NCBI GenBank assembly: GCA_963783385.1
Contig: CAWANJ010000001.1
Coordinates: 544,001 to 608,000, forward strand
Direction of reading: 5' to 3'
Length of the DNA: 64,000 nucleotides
DNA from: an uncultured Gemmatimonadales bacterium
GTDB taxonomy: Bacteria; Gemmatimonadota; Gemmatimonadetes; Palauibacterales; Palauibacteraceae
Numbering within the stretch: the first letter of the stretch is position 1; every line of letters begins with the position of its first letter. Of the stretch, positions 57,800 through 64,000 are shown one piece after another. The position numbers and the translations under genes were made by a program. A model generated the notes under the pieces. That model worked only from the letters and a program-made list of their open reading frames with translations, was not told the origin of the DNA and made no database searches.

Positions 57800-59932
57800 T
57801 CACGGCGACTCGCGGGCCGCATGGGGGCGCTCTTCTGTTTCCGGGGTGCCTCCCGCGGAGGCGAGGGGCTTGAAGCGCCCCCGATCGTAAAGGTAAGCCC
57901 TGAGATCGGGATACGACGCCTCGAGCTCGCTATCAAGCCCCCGCAGGTCGCGCGCGACGACCAGCGGCCCGCTCAGGTCCGGTCGGTCATCGAGGAGGTG
58001 GGGCGTGAACAAGCTGTAGCCGGAGCGATCGTACGCGACCTCCGCGGCGCAGTCAGCCGGGAGGTGGGGATTCGCCCCGAACCGACCCCGCCTGAGGCGA
58101 AGGGTCGGATCCCCGTTGAGCTCCGTCGCGCGCACCAGAATCTCTCTCTTTTGGGTTAGCACTCCAAGCTCGGCGTCGAGGCGGGCGGCGGACCAGCCAT
58201 CACGTCGGGCAGCTTCGGCCATCTTCAGTAGCTCGCAGAAGTCCACCGTTCGGTAGGCGATCTCAACCACCGAGGCCGATGCACCCATGCCCCTCAGACG
58301 TGCGATGAGACGATTCCCCGCGTCGACCTTCACGAACACCAGCGCTCGACCGATGCCAGCTTCTCGGGCGCGAGCCGGGAGGTCCCCCCTCATGGAGGCC
58401 ATCCTCCCGGTGGTGTACACTCGCAGCCTTCCCGGTACGCCGACCACCGCTCCCCACACCATACAGAGGCCGAGCGTTGTGAAGGCCCACCGCCGCAGGC
58501 TGACGGGTCCAAGCAGGTCGCCGAGGCCAACACGTATGCTTCCGAGCCGGCCGGCTGCCACGACGAGGACGCGCGCCGTGAGCGGCAGAAGGAAGGCGAG
58601 CCCGGAGTACAGGAAGCGCGGCCCCAGGTATGCGTCCCGATGCCAGTAAAAAAAGTAGGCGACCGGAATCGCCAGGAAGCCTATGACCAGCCGCCGATCC
58701 CATCTCTCTTCGAGCCAACCCGCCGCCAATGCGGCACCCACGGGCCACAGCGCCGGCAGGGGCCACTCGAACAGGTTGAGATCGAGGAGCTGCAAGTCCG
58801 TGAGCTCGTTGCGGAGTCCCCGAACGGGCGTGTGCCCCTCCCCCCAGGGCGTGGCGTGGAAGCCGATTCCGTGGTTGCTACCCCAGAGCTTCAGGTAGCC
58901 CGGCAGGAGGGCGCTGCCAGTGGTGAGACGGTTGTAGACCGGGTACGCGGCCGCGACGACAAGGAAGGCTACGGCGGCGACCGCCAGGTGGCCCAGACGT
59001 CCAGTTCGCCGGGCCGAGGCCCTGCCGAACAGCGCGAAGGGCAGCCCGATTGCGGCCACGGTGTAGGGCCGGCTGAGGAAACCCACGCCGAGGACCGCGG
59101 CCGCCAGGGCCAAGCGTCCGACCCCTCCACTCTCCTCCCACGCCGCTGACAACCACAGGAAGACGGAAACGCAGAACAGTGCCGAAACGTGGCTCATATA
59201 GCTCGCGCCCATCACCCAGAAGAACGGTGACAGCAGGGCCAGGAGCATTGTCAGCCGAGCGACCGTGTCCCCGTAGGCCCGACGGGCGAAGGCATAGAGA
59301 GCTAGAGCCGTCCCGACCGTAAGCGCGACGGGAACCGCCCACGCGTGTCCGCTGAGAACTCCCAGTGTCAAGACCGCAGGATGGCCGGGCGGATACTGGG
59401 AGTACCAGCGCCCTCCGTCGAACAGCATCTGCTGAGTCATGAAGAACGCCGGAAGGCGGGGAGCTGGTGCCGCCAGCCGGCCGCTCGCGAAGATCCGCGC
59501 TTGGAATAGCTGGACCACGCTGTCCACCAGTAGCGGACGGTGCTCGAACACCAGCCGGGAGACAACCACGAGAAGCACCGCCAGAGCCGACGAGCACGCG
59601 AGGCGGGTCCACGGGGCTAGCCGACGCGCCGCCCATCCGATTCGATCGATGGCCCCCGCCGGCAGTGGTGGGAGGCTCAGGACCCAGCCCGCTCCCAGAA
59701 AGATGGCCGCGCCGAGCGCCCACTCGTCCGGTGACACGAGAGCGCCCGAGCCAGGGATGCCGCCGAACAGCGCGTGAAGCGGCACGAACGGCATGACGAG
59801 CAGACCAAAGCCAACCAGACGCCAGGCAGCACGGAGAGGGCCTCTTGGTCCGGACGTCTCAGCCACGGCTCGGGGTGGCCCGACAGAGGGCCACCAGCGA
59901 CAGGCCGATCGGGAGGCGACCCCGGCGGACAA
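57800..59932 (-). CDS. Multi-pass GT-C (ArnT/PMT-like) glycosyltransferase
   Basis: DSVVQLFQARIFASG and SQYPPGHP loop; more than 10 TM segments; start uncertain. Confidence 0.65.
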   Translation of the reverse strand: MSAGVASRSACRWWPSVGPPRAVAETSGPRGPLRAAWRLVGFGLLVMPFVPLHALFGGIPGSGALVSPDEWALGAAIFLGAGWVLSLPPLPAGAIDRIGWAARRLAPWTRLACSSALAVLLVVVSRLVFEHRPLLVDSVVQLFQARIFASGRLAAPAPRLPAFFMTQQMLFDGGRWYSQYPPGHPAVLTLGVLSGHAWAVPVALTVGTALALYAFARRAYGDTVARLTMLLALLSPFFWVMGASYMSHVSALFCVSVFLWLSAAWEESGGVGRLALAAAVLGVGFLSRPYTVAAIGLPFALFGRASARRTGRLGHLAVAAVAFLVVAAAYPVYNRLTTGSALLPGYLKLWGSNHGIGFHATPWGEGHTPVRGLRNELTDLQLLDLNLFEWPLPALWPVGAALAAGWLEERWDRRLVIGFLAIPVAYFFYWHRDAYLGPRFLYSGLAFLLPLTARVLVVAAGRLGSIRVGLGDLLGPVSLRRWAFTTLGLCMVWGAVVGVPGRLRVYTTGRMASMRGDLPARAREAGIGRALVFVKVDAGNRLIARLRGMGASASVVEIAYRTVDFCELLKMAEAARRDGWSAARLDAELGVLTQKREILVRATELNGDPTLRLRRGRFGANPHLPADCAAEVAYDRSGYSLFTPHLLDDRPDLSGPLVVARDLRGLDSELEASYPDLRAYLYDRGRFKPLASAGGTPETEERPHAARESP

Positions 59933-60623
59933 TTGGTACTTCCCAGCGGCAGAGATTATATAGCCCGCGTTCGACGAAAGCGGGCAGCTCGATGAAGTCG
60001 TCGGACGGAGGTACGCTGGCGATGCGTCCGAGCAACCGCCGGATCGGCCGAACCACGCACGCTAGTGGTAGAACGGTAGCGAAGGCGAAGGAAAGCTGCT
60101 CGATGTCGAGTCCCGCGTCGGCCAGCTTCGTACGGAGTTCCTCTCGCCGGTAGCGGCGTCGGTGGTGCAGCACCGCATCATGCGGAGACCAGAGCGCTGG
60201 GTGAGCAGGCACAGTGATCACCGCCACACCGTCCGGGCGGAGAATCCTGCGCATTTCCCGCATGGCAGCTACATCGTCGTCCAGGTGCTCCAGGACATTG
60301 AGCGCCAGGACCGCATCGAAGGCACCGCTGGCGGCCGGGAGCTCGACAGCGGAGGCTTGCACGAGATCGGTCAGGCCCCGTTCCTGCGACATGCGGATGG
60401 CACCTGCGTCGAACTCGAAGCCCACCGCCAGCGCCTGCATTGGAAGCTGACCGAGCACGATCCCCGTCCCCGCTCCCACATCCGCCACGCGTCTGGGACC
60501 GGCCCCTCCTCTGTTTGCGGCGAGGCCATCCTGCAGGAGTCCGTAGACGAAGTCACGCTTCAGTCGAAACCACCAGTCGACCTCCTCGAAGCGCCGCATT
60601 CGGGCGTACTGATCGCGCTCCAT
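59859..60623 (-). CDS. Class I SAM-dependent methyltransferase
   Basis: DWWF, DVGAGTG, NVLEHLDDD, TVPA and HRRRY; a type common in glycan clusters. Confidence 0.88.
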   Translation of the reverse strand: MERDQYARMRRFEEVDWWFRLKRDFVYGLLQDGLAANRGGAGPRRVADVGAGTGIVLGQLPMQALAVGFEFDAGAIRMSQERGLTDLVQASAVELPAASGAFDAVLALNVLEHLDDDVAAMREMRRILRPDGVAVITVPAHPALWSPHDAVLHHRRRYRREELRTKLADAGLDIEQLSFAFATVLPLACVVRPIRRLLGRIASVPPSDDFIELPAFVERGLYNLCRWEVPIVRRGRLPIGLSLVALCRATPSRG

Positions 60624-60630
60624 GGCTCGG

Positions 60631-62355
60631 TCAGCTCCGATCTCGAATCCGGGACGCGTCCCGTGGCGGAGCGGAACCGGGGTCCCTGGAGGCGTCCCTC
60701 TCCCCCCTCGGCTGCCACACGAAGAACCCGGGACCACGGTGCACAGCGTAACGCTCCACGATCGGCTGCCACACGTCGTCCAGGTACCAGAAGTAGGCGA
60801 AGCCTGCTCCGCCGGCAGGGCTGGACACGCGTACGTTGCGCCCGGCCATTAGGTCGAAGACTGTCAGCACGAACGGCACGTCTCCCGCCTGAAGGCGGTC
60901 GCCCAGGACCAATGCGTTCCACATGCCGGCACGACTCAGGAGCCCGAAGGCATATGGGTCGTTCAGGAAGGGCAGGCTTCCCGCGCGAATGACGTCGGGG
61001 AAAGCCGACGCGTCTACTAGGGGGGAACGCCCATCAAGCCCGTTCATGACGATCGTCAAACCGGTGTGACGCCAGACCTCCGCCAGGTTCGAAACGAGAT
61101 CCTGGCCGGCCGGCACTGCGACGGCGAGCATGCCCAGAAGCGATGCCGTCCCGAGCAGGTGCGGCCCCGACCGGACCCGGTTCAGAATCGCCTGCGGTGT
61201 CGGTGCGGGAAGGGTGAAGACCAGAAGGACCGAGGCGAACACCGGCTCAAGGAAGTAGTTGATGCTGGAACCCGTTTTCAGGGTCGCCGTCCCGTGCACT
61301 ACCCAGGCGAGTGCCGCATACAGAACCGCAAAGCTCGCCGGACGCCGCCTCCGTTGCCGGCCGGCGGCGAGGAGTGCGATCAGGAGGCCGAGGAGGGGAG
61401 CCCACATCCACAGCTTCGCATCCGCCAGCACGGCGGTCACGTTCTGGAACTCGAAGCCGTGACCCAGAGCTCCCACCGTGTTGAGGAGATAGCCTCCGTT
61501 CGTCCACGATTGAAGGACCAACATCCCGGCCCCGACCACGCAAACGAAACCCGCCGCACCAACGAGTGCACGTCGTGTCCGTCCCCGCCGAAGCTCGTCC
61601 AGCACGAGCGCAATGGGAGCTGCCACGAAGCTCTGCTTCGTGAAGACCGCGAGGACGAAGAACGCGGCGGCCGCAGCCAGAAGCGGCGTGGTCCGCCTCG
61701 TCTCGGCCGCGGGGGCCGACGAACTCCGCGCTCCGGAACCAGAGCCCCACGATGCGGAATCCTCGCCTTCGGAGCCGGCTCCCGCTTCGAGAGCACGAGC
61801 GCGTAGTACGAACCGCACGCCCGCCAGCGTCCAGAACATGGCCAGTACGTCGACCTGGGCGCTTCCGGCCAGGGACCGGATGCCCGGGACCAGGACCAAC
61901 GCACCCCCTGCCAGAAGGGCGGCCCACGTCCAGGGATGGCCGCGGGTCCGCGCGATTCCGATCAGGGCTGCGAGGCAGCCCGCGAGCGCCACGCAGCCGA
62001 CAAGCCGAGGAGCCAACAACGACCCGCCGACGCCCGGGATGGCCATGACGGCCGCGCTCAACACGAAGTAGATCGGGGGGTAGAGAGTCAGTACGAGTGG
62101 AGGCGCGGTCCAGCCACCTACGGGATAGAGCGCTGAGAGCGAGCCGGCGCGCCGGAAGGCCGTGAGGCTCGCGAACACCGGCGCTTCCGTGTACTCGAAG
62201 ATACGCCCAGTGCGGACCGCGTGCAGGACCCCGAGGGTGAGGACTCCGATTGCCAGCAGGGTCAGCACGCCGGCCAGCACTCGAACCAGACGGCGAGTCC
62301 AGGCGTTGAACGTCGAATCGGCACCCTCCGCCTCTCGCAGCGTCAGCTCGCTCAC
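60631..62355 (-). CDS. Multi-pass GT-C-like membrane glycosyltransferase
   Basis: YTEAP, LYPPIY, QVD, FTKQ and GSSINYF; many TM segments; GTGA coupling. Confidence 0.6.
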   Translation of the reverse strand: MSELTLREAEGADSTFNAWTRRLVRVLAGVLTLLAIGVLTLGVLHAVRTGRIFEYTEAPVFASLTAFRRAGSLSALYPVGGWTAPPLVLTLYPPIYFVLSAAVMAIPGVGGSLLAPRLVGCVALAGCLAALIGIARTRGHPWTWAALLAGGALVLVPGIRSLAGSAQVDVLAMFWTLAGVRFVLRARALEAGAGSEGEDSASWGSGSGARSSSAPAAETRRTTPLLAAAAAFFVLAVFTKQSFVAAPIALVLDELRRGRTRRALVGAAGFVCVVGAGMLVLQSWTNGGYLLNTVGALGHGFEFQNVTAVLADAKLWMWAPLLGLLIALLAAGRQRRRRPASFAVLYAALAWVVHGTATLKTGSSINYFLEPVFASVLLVFTLPAPTPQAILNRVRSGPHLLGTASLLGMLAVAVPAGQDLVSNLAEVWRHTGLTIVMNGLDGRSPLVDASAFPDVIRAGSLPFLNDPYAFGLLSRAGMWNALVLGDRLQAGDVPFVLTVFDLMAGRNVRVSSPAGGAGFAYFWYLDDVWQPIVERYAVHRGPGFFVWQPRGERDASRDPGSAPPRDASRIRDRS

Positions 62356-63320
62356 GCGCCGCCCATTCCCGGCAGGTCGACCCGTCGGTCCGACGACTCG
62401 ATGTTCCGGTAGCGCTCGACCACGAAGGCCGGTCGACCCTTGGTCTCCTCGTACACGCGGCCCAGGTACTCGCCGATCACACCCAGGGCCAGGAGTTGAA
62501 TGCCGCCGAGGAAGAGCACGGATGTCATCACTGAGGCCCAACCCTGGATGGCCCGTCCCGTAACGAGGCGCTCGTAGAGCACGTCGAGAAGAACGATGAA
62601 CGCCACCCCCGAGACGACGAAGCCGAGCACGCTCGCCGCCCGCAGGGGAACCTCCGAAAACGCGAACAGGGCATCGGTCGCCAAGCGGAGCAGCTTTGAG
62701 GGGGACTGCCTCGGCTGCCCCGCGTACCGAGCCGCCCGCTCGAACTCAACGCCGATCTGAGGCCCCCCTACGTACGCCCGGAGTCCGCTGACGTAGCGAT
62801 GGCGCTCGGGCATTCGGTTGATGAGATCCACGACCGAGCGGTCCATCAGCGAGAAGTTGCCCGCGTTGGCCGGGATCTCGAGGGGACTCAGCTTCCGAAG
62901 AAGCCAGTAGAAGCCGGAGAACAACCATTGCTTGAACAGGCCTTCCTTGCGGTCTCTCTTGATCGCGTACACGACCCGGTAGCCCGCCTCCCACTTTTCG
63001 AACAGACTGGGGATGACCTCGGGCGGGTCCTGGAGGTCGCCGTCCAGCACGACGACCGCATCGCCCGGGGCTACCGCCAAGCCCGCGGAGATGGCCTCCT
63101 GCTGGCCGAAATTTCTCGACAGTTGGACCACCCCCACCCGGCGATTGCTCTCGGCGAGGCCCGCCAGGAGGCCGCGGGTGGCGTCCCGGCTCCCATCGTC
63201 CACGTAGACGATGCGCCAGTCGACTTCCATGGACTCGAGCACCTCCACCAGTCGCGCATTGAGCTCCGGGAGGATGGACTCCTCGTTGTACAGGGGAACG
63301 ACGGCAGTCAGCGTCTTCAT
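62352..63320 (-). CDS. GT2 polyprenyl-phosphate glycosyltransferase (GtrB/ArnC-like)
   Basis: VPLYNEE, VDDGSRD, LSRNFG and DGDLQDPPE; two C-terminal TM segments. Confidence 0.92.
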   Translation of the reverse strand: MKTLTAVVPLYNEESILPELNARLVEVLESMEVDWRIVYVDDGSRDATRGLLAGLAESNRRVGVVQLSRNFGQQEAISAGLAVAPGDAVVVLDGDLQDPPEVIPSLFEKWEAGYRVVYAIKRDRKEGLFKQWLFSGFYWLLRKLSPLEIPANAGNFSLMDRSVVDLINRMPERHRYVSGLRAYVGGPQIGVEFERAARYAGQPRQSPSKLLRLATDALFAFSEVPLRAASVLGFVVSGVAFIVLLDVLYERLVTGRAIQGWASVMTSVLFLGGIQLLALGVIGEYLGRVYEETKGRPAFVVERYRNIESSDRRVDLPGMGGA

Positions 63321-64000
63321 GGTTTGGTCCCCAGCTTCTCGAACGCCTCTCGGCTCCAGACGTAAAGACCAGCCAGCTCGACGCCCTGGTAGTGGACGGC
63401 GACGACCGGCTGCACCCGACGATACAGCTGCCACTGGTTGCTCTCGAACATGGCCTTCCGGGCGTAGAGGAGCACGTAGGGCGCCGGAAGACGTTCGGTG
63501 AGGTGCAGGTCGGACCGAAGCATGCCCCACTGCTGCAACTGCACGAAATGGTCGGACTGCGGGAAGGTCGACAGGGTCGCATCCTTCGGCAACATGCGGT
63601 CGACCCGTGCCAGGAAGGCCGGCGTGAGCGCGTCGTACCAGTAGGTGGCCTCCATGCCTCGAATGGCGGCTCCGTGCGCGCCCCCGATGCCCTCGCCATA
63701 GTAGGACAGGTAGTAGGGGGCCGTCTCCACGAGCTGCACCGCCGGGGGCACGAAGAAGAACGCTCCCAGCACGGCCACCGCCGCGCCCGACAACCGGGGC
63801 GTGACGCGATCCCGCAGAATCCTCACACCTCGCGCGAACCCGCGTCCCGCGAGCAAGGCCACGAAGGGGAACATTGGCAGGTAGAGTCTCACACCGTCGT
63901 GGTTGGGCGAGCTAGGAAGCGCAAGCAACGCCCACCAGAAGACGACCTGCACCAAACTCGCCAACACGAGGGGATCGTGCTCCCTCCTCAGACCAATCCA
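63317..64000 (-). CDS. C-terminal part of a GT-C/PMT-like membrane protein (truncated at window edge)
   Basis: HDGVRLYLP, PYYLSYY and TYW; TM segments; ATGA coupling to the GT2 gene. Confidence 0.55.
   Translation of the reverse strand, partial: WIGLRREHDPLVLASLVQVVFWWALLALPSSPNHDGVRLYLPMFPFVALLAGRGFARGVRILRDRVTPRLSGAAVAVLGAFFFVPPAVQLVETAPYYLSYYGEGIGGAHGAAIRGMEATYWYDALTPAFLARVDRMLPKDATLSTFPQSDHFVQLQQWGMLRSDLHLTERLPAPYVLLYARKAMFESNQWQLYRRVQPVVAVHYQGVELAGLYVWSREAFEKLGTKP

Overview
A 64 kb high-GC bacterial chromosome segment made mostly of housekeeping genes. Gene order and protein features suggest Gemmatimonadota (inference). In order, it holds: PBP1A; pyrimidine-nucleoside phosphorylase; a V4R-ruvX-mltG-thiE operon; a 23S-5S rRNA unit with its own promoter and no adjacent 16S; a complete H+-type F1Fo atp operon whose promoter overlaps a Rex-like palindrome; CNNM-thiO; pilD-trmH; thiD; rhomboid-deoC-PNP-xapX; dnaK; degP; tRNA-Leu-tig-clpP-clpX-engB; and a long minus-strand run (pilMNOPQ-aroC-aroK-topA-xerC-hslVU-tauE-argF-gcvT-mog-sigma54 activator) preceded by a minor-pilin cluster and a GT-C/GT2/methyltransferase cassette. 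At least seven single-base frameshifts are present, most likely read or assembly errors. No transposon, prophage or CRISPR array was seen. The strongest leads are the unlinked rRNA unit, a possible sigma54 regulon (dnaK, degP, minor pilins) with a nearby pseudo-receiver activator, a nested inverted-repeat element upstream of dnaK, Rex control of ATP synthase, and a pilin-adjacent glycosylation cassette. All coordinates and motifs were read by eye; no database searches were run.
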